Of a stretch of 34,401 nucleotides of DNA, positions 10,340 through 20,845 are shown in pieces. The stretch is from Octopus bimaculoides (lineage: Eukaryota): the NCBI RefSeq assembly GCF_001194135.2, contig NC_069008.1, forward strand, positions 8,164,189-8,198,589. The letters run 5' to 3'. The number at the start of each line of letters is the position of its first letter. Position 1 is the first letter of the stretch. The translations under genes were made by a program, and so were the position numbers. The notes under the pieces were generated by a model. It had not been told where the DNA came from. It made no database searches and saw nothing but the letters and a program-made list of their open reading frames with translations.

Positions 10340-10800
10340 TACATATATATGTATATACATATGCATATATGGGTATAGGACATCATAGAACGTAAAAACA
10401 TGAAATACAAAAACAACAAGAAATACGAAATATGGAAACATGGAATACGAACGTTCTTTTGCGAACAACAAATGAAAAAATGGAAAATAAGACAAGCAAC
10501 ATAAAGAATGACCCTTCATAAATTGTAGGCTGTTTTTCTACTCCATATTTCGAGCAATTCATGACAAGATATGTCTTCGACAAAACATTTGCTCCTGCAA
10601 AGCAAATTAAATAAACTTTGGGATTTTGCGGAGGGTCAAAATTGGTAACTAAAGCAGAACAGTGAAACAAACAGAAAGGGCTGCTAAGCCTTAATGAGTT
10701 GAGGTGACGAACGCTGGAGGAATAAGCTTTGACAGGGTACCGACAAGAATGCGTCTGGTCTCTGTCGCCGATTGGATGGAAAGAAAGAAATTCAAGTTAG
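10340..10800 (-). repeat. Unclassified dispersed repeat, inverted copy of 400-870
   Basis: Reverse complement cgttcgtcacctcaactcattaaggcttagcagccc...tttgaccctccgcaaaatccc...tatgaagggtcattctttatg matches copy 1. Confidence 0.7.
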
Positions 10801-10870
10801 GAAAAGAAGGATGTGCCGGTGGTCACAGTCTTTCCTTCTGATCAGCAGCAGAGATCAGATGCATGGCAAA

Positions 10871-10912
<42 letters not shown>

Positions 10913-10924
10913 CTGCCTGACTTT

Positions 10925-11138
10925 GTGCCTGTGTTTCTTCCCTACCACCGCTTGATGACCAGTGTTAGTGTGTTTATGTCCTTGTAACTTAGCAGTTTAG
11001 CAAAAGAGACTGATAGAATAGGTACCAGGCTTTGAATAAAATGAGTCCTGGAGTCAGTTTGTTCAACTAAAACCTTTCAATGTGGTGCCCCAGCATGGCC
11101 ACCATCAAATGACTGAAACAATTAAAAGATAAAAGATA
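10925..11138 (+). mobile_element. SINE 3' half, family of 5663-6056
   Basis: gtaacttagcagtttagcaaaagagactgatagaata.gtacc...ccagcatggcc...caaatgactgaaaca. Confidence 0.8.
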
Positions 11139-11374
11139 TCTGCAAACTAAGCTTATACAGTCTACACTAATTGTATTTACTTAGATGATTTCTCTATAAA
11201 CAATGTATTTAGTGAATGTTCTATATCCATCATTATGATGTGTCCTGGCTGTACATCTGAATGCTCTTTGATCTGCAAATATTCTCAGGTTTGTTAGATC
11301 TCCACCTCTGCTGATAACAACATATAATTGTCTATGTGTGAACAGTGGACTCAGAAGATACAATCTGCACCTCT

Positions 11375-11602
11375 TTAGCTCTTTAGTATTGAGATTACTC
11401 TGTCAAATGTAATGCTTATCTATTCACTTAATTTAGAATTAATCATGCCATTAGTTTATACTTTGAGATTTCAATAATGTAATTGTTTATTTTTAGAATG
11501 GCGTTGTAGGATAGGTGTGAGAGGTCAGATCTGGCTGTTTTGAACATAAAACCGGGAGAAGTTTTGGGCCAGATATGGCCAGTTTCAATGCCAACGAACT
11601 AA
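11375..11602. mobile_element. Putative piggyBac-like MITE inserted in the Helitron helicase
   Basis: Ends ttag-ctctttagtatt and aatgccaacgaa-ctaa look like decayed TTAA-CCCTTTAGCATT terminal inverted repeats. The Helitron frame (MSINKS / YLLSPLFTH) resumes on both sides. Confidence 0.5.
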
Positions 11603-12417
11603 ACTTTGTCCTTGACTTATTTATTGACATAACAAAAACAGGTCATATAAGAAATTGCAACCTTGTTTGAGTGAATGATAAATCAGTCAGATGGTTGAAA
11701 AGAAACTCAGAGAATCATTAGCAGTCTTTCAGCACCAACACTGCTAAGATCACTGGCAGTCAGTAGCATCGAGGGCCATGTGTCAAAAATTATTGCAGTG
11801 GCCATGTCTATAATCTAAGTTTCATAGAAGCATTATTAGAGATCTTATCTATTTTGATATTGATGGTGTGAGAAGGTAGACCACTTGTATTTAGTTTTAG
11901 TGAATTCAAAAATTCTATGGAAAAAGGAACCTGGTTTACTTCTGCCACTGAACCTATGATTCTCAGTACAAGCACACTACCAGAAAGATTACTCATAATT
12001 TTTTGTTGTTAGCTTAACCCTTGAAGACATTCATTGTTCATTTTTGAAATGTGTTGCTAGAGCAGTATAAATGGATTGAACCAAATCTTCCAAGGAATTC
12101 ACAGCTAGGAAAGGTAGAATCACAATGCTATCTGTGTCAGCATTGACAATATTTGTAATTCTTCTTTCACCTAGTCCCAGCAGCCAGTTCACATGGTGAT
12201 TTAGCTGATTTAATGCAACAAATCATAGTTGTTCAAACAATTGAGAATTCTCATATTTGTCTGGATATACAAAGCTTCACATTGACTCCAAATGGAAGAC
12301 TTTTAATGCATGCTTCTATTGCTAAAATCATTGAGCCCTTTGGAGAGAATTTGATGAAAATCTCCAAGAAGTTACTCATTGTTCAATACTTCTTGAAGCA
12401 TGCAATTCTGAGTCAAT

Positions 12418-12645
12418 GATTTGCAGCCTACAACAATATGGTCTATATTTTCCATTCATGGATTACATAGGTGACATTTGTCCATTGAAGCAGGAAAATA
12501 AACACCCTTACTCACTGAACTAAAGTTTAGAGCTTGATATTGAGCAGCCACCAATAACTCTCTGTTTCTGTCTTTCTATCTCCTCTCTGGGGTCACTGTC
12601 AATGAGTCGTGATTTTTCACATTCTTGATATTTCTGTAGAAGATA
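12418..12645 (-). mobile_element. Second R4/Dong-like RLE-LINE fragment (CCHC knuckle) inserted in the Helitron
   Basis: Translates to DKCHLCNPWMENIDHIVVGCK and is clearly homologous at the nucleotide level to 4380-4570. Confidence 0.75.
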
Positions 12646-12683
12646 TTGGTGGCACATTAAGACTTCATCCCATACCAATAACT

Positions 12684-13024
12684 GAGCATTATGGCTCAGT
12701 GGTTAGAGCACTGGGCTTGCAACCATGAGGTAGTGAGTTTTGATTCCTGTACCAGGTTGTGTGGTGTGTTCTTGAGCAAGACACTTTATTTCATGTTGCT
12801 TCAGTTCACTCAGCTGTAGAAATGTATTGCGATGTCACTGGTGCCAAGCTGTATCGGCCTTTGCCTTTCCCTCGGATAACATTGGGGACATGGTGAGGGG
12901 AGGCTGATATGCATGAGTGACTGCTAGTCTTCCATAAACAAATTTGCCCAGATTTGTACCTCAGAGAGAAACTTTCTAGATGCAATCCCATGGTCATTCA
13001 TGACCAAAGGGGGTCTTTACCCTT
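12684..13024 (+). mobile_element. Full-length tRNA-derived SINE (cttgagcaagacacttta central domain) inserted in the Helitron
   Basis: tggctcagtggttagagca A-box, gagttttgattcc B-box, CORE/V-like ttcttgagcaagacactttatttcatgttgcttcagttcactcagctg, and 3' end catgaccaaagggggtctttaccctt. Confidence 0.85.
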
Positions 13025-14477
13025 CACTCGATCAGTTGCACCATGAGGAAGTGTATGATAGGTGATGTAGATTTTACTTGAATGGGACACTTGAAGCAAG
13101 AATGGAACAGTCCATCTCAGTTTCATTATTGAAGCTGTATTACCTGATAAAGCTGTAGCAAGAGCAATTTGGATATTTTTATGAACATTGGACAGAAGTA
13201 AGTTCAGCAGAAGAGTTTCATTTGTTCCTTCTGGACCCTCAATAAATATTAAATCTCCTTCATTGTTGCTGATATTTCTTTTAATTGTTGAAAAAACAGT
13301 CCTCTGTTCATTATTGAGCAAATCTATATAATCATTGTAATTAATAGACATTGACAGTTGTTGTTCATGGACTGAAGCTGGGAAATGATTATTGACATTT
13401 GATTATTCATACTGAATCAATTCGTTATCCTTTGTACTAGCATATCATTAATAGTGGATTTTGTTGCATTTTCTATGTTTATTGTTTCTCTTCTGCAACA
13501 TAGAAAATTTTCAATAAAATTGTCCTAAAGCATTTTATATGAATTGAGAGGCTCAGATGGTGTGTGGAAATGAAAAATTTTCAGAGTTTGCAAATGAATG
13601 CTATCTTGTTTCAAACTTTTGCAAGTGATATTGATCATTTGCAAATTAAAACTTGTAGCAACAGTCTCATACAGAAGTCTTCTCTCTCTCTGATAGGCAA
13701 TGTATGTTCTATTGATGATCCCTGAAATTCCTTCTGGTTATCTTGTCCTTTTCCCCCAAAATATATTAAATGATTTCTACATATAATGTTCAGGAAAGTT
13801 GCAATCTAGGATATTTCACACTTCTGGATCTTTAGCATTTTTTATCAAAATAAGCTTTGAATTTAGTTGATCTAGCTTGCTGAAGATCATTTTCTGCATT
13901 CATTAGATCAAAATTTACTTGTTATTGATTGGGAACATGAATCTAAAGACCTTCTATGGGAGATTTTATGTTGAATGGAAAATTCGAAAAGTCTCCAACA
14001 CAATTCAAATGATCCAAGGGACCTATAATTCTCATATTTAATGTTCTCATCTTACTGATTTGCATCATGATATCAAATTGAAGATTCTTGTTATATATCT
14101 AGCAAAATGGTAGAATTGTCAGTACCTTTGAATATGTATTTATATAGATATTCTACAGCTTTGATAGATTTGACTATTCAACATTGATGTGAGCTTCAAA
14201 TAAAACTATATGTTCATTATCCGTCTTGTTTCCTCCTTCAATAGGACTTTGTCAGTGATGCAATGGATAACAGTGTATCACCACTTAATGTTTTTAATTG
14301 AAAAACTCGGGGTTAATACAAAGCTACATCTGTTCACCACATGGTCGTCCATGTATCCATGTATGCTTCTTTTACCTAACCATAGAGACCAATAATGCAT
14401 GCATTATTTGGACTAAGAATTTCAGCAGTCAATATATAAGTGTTGGAATTGTTTTCTATCATTGATTTAAAATTTTG

Positions 14478-14590
14478 GCACAAGGCCAACAAGTTCAGGG
14501 GATGAGGTAAATCGATTGCATCAACCCCAATGCTGAGCTGGTATTTTATCAACACTGAAAGGATGACAAGCAAAGTCGGCCATGGCAGAA
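14478..14590 (-). mobile_element. SINE fragment (family of 2642-2858) within the Helitron Rep region
   Basis: The reverse complement contains gactttgcttgtcatcctttcagtgttgataaaataccagctcagcattggggttgatgcaatcgat. Confidence 0.7.
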
Positions 14591-15139
14591 TAAAAAAAAA
14601 ATAATGTCATGAATCTCTTTCCTGAAATTCAATTGTATTCATATGGACCATAATTTTCTCAAAACACTAGGTTTGATATTTTGTAGAAGTTGTTACTGCT
14701 TCAGTTTGAAAACTGACAATTATCTGTGGCAGTTTGATCAGCATGGAGGTCTCTTGAAATTTCTTCCCACTTTGAACTGAAGCTAAATATCACAAATAAT
14801 GTTAGTTTTCCAAATTTTCTGATAATGGCCATTACATCTTAGTTGTGTTTTGCCATAGATCTTGGACTACTTGCTAATGGGTTTGGGAGGACATATTAAT
14901 TCCAGCCTGACCAGTATCACCTGCAATGATTGCATTATACAGGCCTGCTCATAGGGCCTGTTGATTGTTTCTGATATACTGCAACTAAGCAGATTGGACT
15001 TTGGCCCATTAGTCTACACAAAATTGACAGAATAGATGGTGTCTATGATGCAATATATTATCGGATTCAGCTTTCTTTGTTATCTGAAAATAATAAAGTT
15101 AAAATGTTTGTTGATTGTTGGACTTGCTATTACAGCAGT

Positions 15140-15179
<40 letters not shown>

Positions 15180-15995
15180 AAGTGAGAGGTGGGATAGATT
15201 AAAGACATAACTTTTCTATTGACTCTTTGTTTTAGTATATTGAGATGCTGTCCATCTAAGCCATCAAGAAAAATATGGATGATACATCATGGCATAATTG
15301 GCTCAATGAGAGTTGCTAAATATTTGAAGGTTTTGCTGATTGTTCTCCAATTGAAACTTGCTTACCAATAGTCTACCAGCCTAATGAGTTTCTTCAACAT
15401 TACTTGATATCAATACAGCAACCTCACTGGATGATGTGGACAATCTTTCTGGAGTGTTTTCCATCTGGCTTTTTGTCAGCATATAATCCAATAGAAATAT
15501 TTTCTGATTTTGTGCCAAACAGGAATGATTGTAAATAAGTGTTGTTAACTGAAACTATAGCAGAATTAGAATGTATGGAAAAGAACAGCATCAATATTTT
15601 CTCTTCTATTATCTGCATCCACTGTTGAATTTGTCTTCAGAATTGTAAGTTTGCAGACAGAATGACGCATTTGTAACAGCATTTCTTGGTGCTCCAAAAA
15701 ATCTATAAACTGTTCCATGAATTCTGTAAGTAGGAAGGCCTCAAGCAATTGTAGCATCATTTGCTTTCATGCTACACATGGCCGTAGCACTATTGAACAT
15801 TTGAATGTGTTTTCTGAAATATTTTGCTTCTGATGAATCAAGTATGTAGCTTATCAGATAAATGTGATACTTCTGGAATACAGATTAAACCAGATTTACA
15901 GCAAATACCAAAATCAGGATAGGCCAATGTTCTTGCAGTGCACTTTGCCATGAACATTAGTTTGTTGCAATATCAGCATCTTGTACCCATTAAGC

Positions 15996-16379
15996 CAGTA
16001 TTTCTCAAACAGTGTGGCGTGCCTCATAGGTGTAGTGGAAGAGGATAGCAGGTGAGGCAAAATAATTGAAAGACAAATATTTAGAAGCAGTCTCTAAAAA
16101 TTCATATGCCAAAAATAGATGTGATCTCAAAATTTAAAATATTACTTGTAATTGCATGCATGAATCTCAGTACAAATAGTTATAAATAATCATTGACTGA
16201 TTTTATTATTGTAGTATTTTTGCATTATATCAAGTATTAAGAATATAGTAACTAGGGTCTGCAAATTGGAGGAAATCCATGGTTATCTCTCTTTAACTCT
16301 CTCCTTGGACCTTTGGTGAAGCAGAAGCAAATTTTCATTCTGAAAATGCAACCCAGAGAAAAAAGTTTGGGAACCACTG
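15996..16379. mobile_element. hAT (Charlie-type) MITE with 8-bp TSD
   Basis: TIRs cagtatttctcaaac and gtttgggaaccactg. Flanks cattaagc (15988-15995) and cattaaac (16380-16387) match at 7 of 8 positions. Confidence 0.85.
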
Positions 16380-16599
16380 CATTAAACCATGGTTATGCTG
16401 AGTTACATTGACAGCTACTTCTAGCACTGCATCTATGTTCTGCTATCTTGCAGCATTCAACATCCTTCTTTGCTTCATTCATTGTCAGTCTCCTTGTTGC
16501 TTCTTTTCTGTGAGACATTTTACATTGCTCATTCATATTTGGTCCATTTATTAAATATAATATATTCAAACAAACTGCAATAATGAAGAATAGAAAAAA

Positions 16600-16760
16600 T
16601 ATGAAATTTAAGTGAAGCCCTTGTCTCAGTGCCCAACTGGTATTTATTTTATCAACACCAAAAGGGAGAAAGCAAAGTTGACTTTGACCCTGGGAGGATG
16701 AAAGCAAAGTTGATCCTAGCAGGATTTGAACTCAGAGTGTAAAAGAGCTGGAAGAAACAA
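16600..16760 (-). mobile_element. Degenerate SINE (family of 2642-2858) with an internal short duplication
   Basis: caactggtatttattttatcaacacc...gaaagcaaagttga (twice)...gatttgaactcagag. Confidence 0.65.
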
Positions 16761-16840
16761 GTAAATGATAAAGATAAATTTAATGTAGTCAAAATTGTTT
16801 TTAGTGGATATTTGGGGTGGATGGAGCTGTGTTTATGCAA

Positions 16841-16905
16841 ACACACATACACACAGACACACACACACAGACACACACACACAGACACACACACACACAC
16901 ACACA

Positions 16906-16965
<60 letters not shown>

Positions 16966-16971
16966 AACACA
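16841..16971. repeat. Long (CA)n microsatellite with CAGA interruptions
   Basis: Direct reading. Confidence 0.95.
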
Positions 16972-17074
16972 CGTCATTACCATTTAACATGTCTTTCAAA
17001 GCTGACATGGGTTAGACAGTTTCACAGAATCCAACAAATTGAAGGACTGCATTGTGCTTCAATGTCTTCCTTGG

Positions 17075-17210
17075 CATGTTTCAGTAGCTATAGATGCCCT
17101 TCCTAATGCCAGCCACCATACAGAGTGTACTGGAGGCTTTTTTTTTTAATTGTGACACCAGCATAGGTGAAGTTGTCATGCAACTTGCAAAACTTAAGAG
17201 CCTTCTCAAC
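17075..17210 (-). mobile_element. RTE-tail-derived remnant
   Basis: tagatgcccttcctaatgccagccac is the reverse complement of the RTE 3' UTR motif at about 7670-7695. Confidence 0.55.
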
Positions 17211-17252
17211 TGAATAGAAATCTGATGGAAGCCAGCTGTTGAGAGTTTAAAG

Positions 17253-17578
17253 AAGGGTTTCTCATTTTTATCTACGGACCCCTTTAATTACTGTTTTATT
17301 CTGGTGGACCCCCATAGCCAGTCAATGTTTAAAAACTAGTTTTATAGTTACTTCTTTCAAAATTCTACTTTGTTTTCCACACACTAACTTATGTAGGTTG
17401 AGCTATATAAAATGTTAGAGAAAGAAACCTAGTTATTTCTTGCAATTCATACCAGTACACACATCTAAAGCAAAGTTTTTTCAGGGGTCCTTAAAATACT
17501 ATTGTGGATCCCCAATTCACTATTTTGCTTGCATGGACCCCCAAAAGTCTTTTAATGGACCCTGGTTGAGAACCACTG
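17253..17578. mobile_element. hAT (Charlie-type) MITE with perfect 8-bp TSD
   Basis: TIRs aagggtttctca and ttgagaaccactg. GTTTAAAG occurs at both 17245-17252 and 17579-17586. Internal ggacccc motifs repeat. Confidence 0.85.
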
Positions 17579-18383
17579 GTTTAAAGTGTGATAGGAAAGG
17601 AACAGATCTGATGTTGTAGAGGTGGTACATGGCCACCCTACTTTATGTGTGAGCAACTGGAGGGGAGCTGAAAAGAGAAATAAAGATAGTGGTGACAAGA
17701 TGCTAAAAAAGGACCTTAAATGGAAAAGAAGAAAGTGTGAGGGCAGAAAAGTGGGGAGGAAGTGTGTTAGGAGAATGATAGATGATAAAGATAGGGTGAG
17801 AGTGAATGTAATGAATTGTGAACATGGGTGGTGGGGTAGTTGATGGAGGGAAGGTAGGAGAGGCAGTGCTGACTGGCTGTAGGAAAAGAATGAAGAACAA
17901 CAGAATGATGATAATAGTCAAAATCCTTATTCTATTGAGAAAAGATATTGACTGGAATAGTCAATAAAATAGAAATAAAGCTAAAATCTCATCTTCTGTG
18001 TGGCCCTGTACCAAATGTTCCACGAGCTGCTCAGTGGTTGGGGTCCCTTGCTCTACATGAAAGAACATCTTCATATCTATCCCAACTGTCAAATAGGTTA
18101 CAGTAAAAATGGAATCTTTTCAAAGGATAGGTCCCAGTTGTTCAAATTAACAGAACTATCCACTCATAGTATTAATGGGCTATTGAGGCTGTAAAAGGGA
18201 GAGTAAGTCATTCTTTCCATTCATTGGCGCCATGGGTAAGTGCTGGTTAACCCTTTGCTCTCCTATGCCAGGGATGTGGTGAAGATGCCTGCAGCAGGAC
18301 ATTGGATGACTAGCTAAGCAGAGGAGTCACTGGACCAATGGCTTGAAGGTTATTATGGACAAGCAGAAGACCTGTACCATCAG

Positions 18384-18594
18384 CACAAGTGTAGTTAGAG
18401 TGTGTGCTACCCAGGGTGGCCCTTCAATTTGCTGCCCCCAGGACCCCACAAAAATACATACTGCCTACAGCAGGCACAAAAATGGTGCCACTCCTGAGTC
18501 CCCACAAAAAATATATATTGCCTACAGCAGACCCAAAGATGGTGCCACCTGGGGGTGGACCACCCCCTCTGCCCCACCTCTACCTATGCTAGTG
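18384..18594. mobile_element. Small MITE-like element with decayed TIRs and an internal tandem duplication
   Basis: cacaagtgtagttagag (18384-18400) pairs with the reverse complement of ctctacctatgctagtg (18578-18594). Two copies of ccccacaaaaa..tgcctacagcag....aa..atggtgccac lie inside. Confidence 0.55.
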
Positions 18595-19005
18595 ACTATC
18601 AGACAACAGTTTGAGTGTCAACAAGCATGGTGCTACAGTGGGGCAGCCTTGTCATTGACCATGCTCGGTGCACTCTTGTACGCCACTTGGTATTTGGTTT
18701 GGCGGTCCAGAGAGGCAGTCTGGTGGTGAGGGTCAATGCCAACTGTGTTACTCACTGTGTTACAAACAGAAGTGGGGAACCTTGAAATGATGTAGTGAAT
18801 GTGACAGCGGTAGGTGTAACTGAGAGGTGCTAGCAAGAGCTCTGCACACAAGACAGCTTGCTCCAGTGGTTACAGTGAGTGCTGGTTGAGTATTCCACAG
18901 ACGCTTTGTACTTGTAGTTATATGAGAAGAGGGTTGTATATGGGAAGTAAAATAATCCAGATGGGTGAGGAAAGAGAGAGTCTGGAAGACGAAATGGAAC
19001 CAAGA

Positions 19006-19220
19006 CATTGACAGACATTGACTGTTGCTGTTCATGGACTGAAACAGGGAAATGATAATTGACATTTGATTATTTATACTGAATCAATTCTTTATTCTTT
19101 GACCTGGCATGTCATTAATGGTGGATTTTGTTGCATTTTCTATGTTTATTGTTCCTCTTCGGCAACATAAAAAATCTTCAATGTAATTGTCCTAAATTAT
19201 GTTATATAAATTGAGAGTCC
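19006..19220 (-). mobile_element. Second Helitron fragment, homologous to about 13345-13550
   Basis: agacattgac.gttg.tgttcatggactgaa...gtggattttgttgcattttctatgtttattgtt is shared with the main Helitron. Confidence 0.8.
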
Positions 19221-19952
19221 CAGTTAGACTCTTTCACCCAATTCCACCCACTTTGCTTTTCTTATCCCTCTAGCTTATATTTTTCTTCCAACACCCACCC
19301 CATTCATAACCGTTCCACTTAGATGTATTAATTTCTCTTAATTCCACTTCAGTTAATTGCTCTTTCTCAATTTTCACCTTTAGCTTTATTTTGGTTAAAC
19401 TTTACAAGCGATGACTGCTAAGGGGTGATAATTCCCCACAAACATAGAAGAGTTACCCACCTTGAGGGAAATGTCAGTTTGAAGAAACATAAATATTAAA
19501 AATTTGTTCTATTTGTTCAAGAACAAGTCGAGACTGGAGGCCTGAAATGGCTGTGTGAGACTAGTGAAGCCACGACTACTCATATCGTTTATTATAAGTT
19601 TTTTTGTTACTTTTGATATCAATTAATCTCTATCTATCTATCTATCTATCTGTCTGTCTGTCTGTCTATCTAGCTGTCTGTCTGTCTGTCTGTCTGTCTA
19701 TTGCGCTAGTTAGTCATTAATTTAATCAATTATGTGGAGATTATGTAATGTTACATTTACAGAGAGCCTTCGGATTTAATTATCCCCTGGTTGTTTAAAC
19801 ATTTCTAGCCTATCGCTTGAATGTTTAAACAATCCTAACTTATACCTATATANNNNNNNNNNNNNNNNNNNNNNNNNNNNNNNNNNNNNNNNNNNNNNNN
19901 NNNNNNNNNNNNNNNNNNNNNNNNNNNNNNNNNNNNNNNNNNNNNNNNNNNN

Positions 19953-20155
19953 AAAAAAACAAAAAAACTCAAACTACACAAGTCCCGATCCAACTCCTTG
20001 TCTTTAGCCCCAACAGACCACCAGTGCCCGAACTGTGACAGAGCCTTCCGCGCATGCATCGGACTGATCGGCCTCAGCTGGACACGCCGTGCCCCGTTTT
20101 CTTCACCCATGTGATGTCCTTGGTCATCATCGACAATGGTAGATGAACTAAGATA
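19953..20155 (+). mobile_element. RTE (BovB-like) LINE ORF C-terminus and 3' UTR
   Basis: PTDHQCPNCDRAFRACIGLIG matches the RTE C-terminal CxxCxRxFxARIGLxSH zinc-finger-like motif. It is followed by tgatgtccttggtcatcatcgac. Confidence 0.75.
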
Positions 20156-20204
20156 AGATGTATGTATGTCATTAGTCATTTTGATTTCAAGATTTCTTGC
20201 CAAT

Positions 20205-20292
<88 letters not shown>

Positions 20293-20390
20293 TCGGTTTC
20301 TAATCTAGATCCAAGCACTTCATTGGAACTTCAAAAGCATCAGCAGGGTATGTATGTATGTATGTATGTATGTATGTATGTATGTATGTA

Positions 20391-20420
<30 letters not shown>
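20205..20420. repeat. (GA)n, (TATG)n and (TG)n microsatellite cluster
   Basis: Direct reading. Confidence 0.95.
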
Positions 20421-20421
<1 letters not shown>

Positions 20422-20580
20422 ATCAAATTCCACTCATTACTCAACCCTAACCTATATTAGAAGACACTTGTCCAAGGCGCCACACAGCTGGGTCAAAATC
20501 AGCTTCCAAATCACAGTCAGGACATTACTTGTTGTTGTGGTTGTTGTTGTTGTTGTTGTTGTTGTGGTTGTTGTCGTTGT

Positions 20581-20634
20581 TGCTGATTTGTCGTTCATTT
20601 TTAAACGTACTTCCTCTTTTTCCTTTTAATCTAG
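20581..20634 (+). promoter_or_regulatory. Candidate 3' splice acceptor of the giant exon
   Basis: Branch-like gctgat at about 20582, polypyrimidine tract cttcctctttttcctttt and aatctAG (20633-20634). No ATG lies between this site and the ORF ATG at 20846. Confidence 0.45.
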
Positions 20635-20845
20635 ACTCAAGCCTGATTTGAAACCCACTCACTGTTCATTGTGTTGACTATTTGGAGAGGGAGAGAGAGA
20701 GAAAGAGAAAAAAATATAATAGAAAGAAGCAAAATAATAACAAACAACAAACAAACAAACAAAGAGCAATAGAGCAAAATCCAAAATAATCACGAAAAGA
20801 AAAAACATAATACCTTGATTCACTAACAATTTGCTCATTGATATA

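Larger units (their letters stand above)
11181..16570 (-). mobile_element. Fossil Helitron RepHel coding region (HUH Rep plus PIF1-type helicase), fragmented, with nested insertions
   Basis: Minus-strand motifs appear in the expected order: C*YC...GICCKSG, FRKHIQMFNSA, ADKKPDGKHSR, DAMAIIRKFGK, TIEFQER, IHGRPCG, IFIEGPEGT (degenerate Walker A)...IALATALSG, LVWDEVLM, LGDFHQIL, EFLNSL..SGLPSH, RLQF...MSINKS and FTHRQLYVVISR...TKYIVYREII*. Confidence 0.9.

Noticed and set aside
17995-18990. ORFs 18000-18194, 18343-18729 and 18633-19065 as host exons
   Set aside because: There are no recognisable domains or splice signals and a MITE interrupts them. They are probably very old LINE debris that I could not classify.
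19412-19450. Hammerhead-ribozyme-like string ctgctaa-gggg(tgataatt)cccc-acaaac
   Set aside because: Stem II is present, but the CUGAUGA and GAAA cores are both mutated and no stem I/III pairing was found. Other ctgatga sites (about 8870 and 9080) lack a stem II-GAAA.
20831-20845. TTG start used by the ORF track for the giant ORF
   Set aside because: This is a eukaryotic context, and the first ATG with A at -3 is at 20846.
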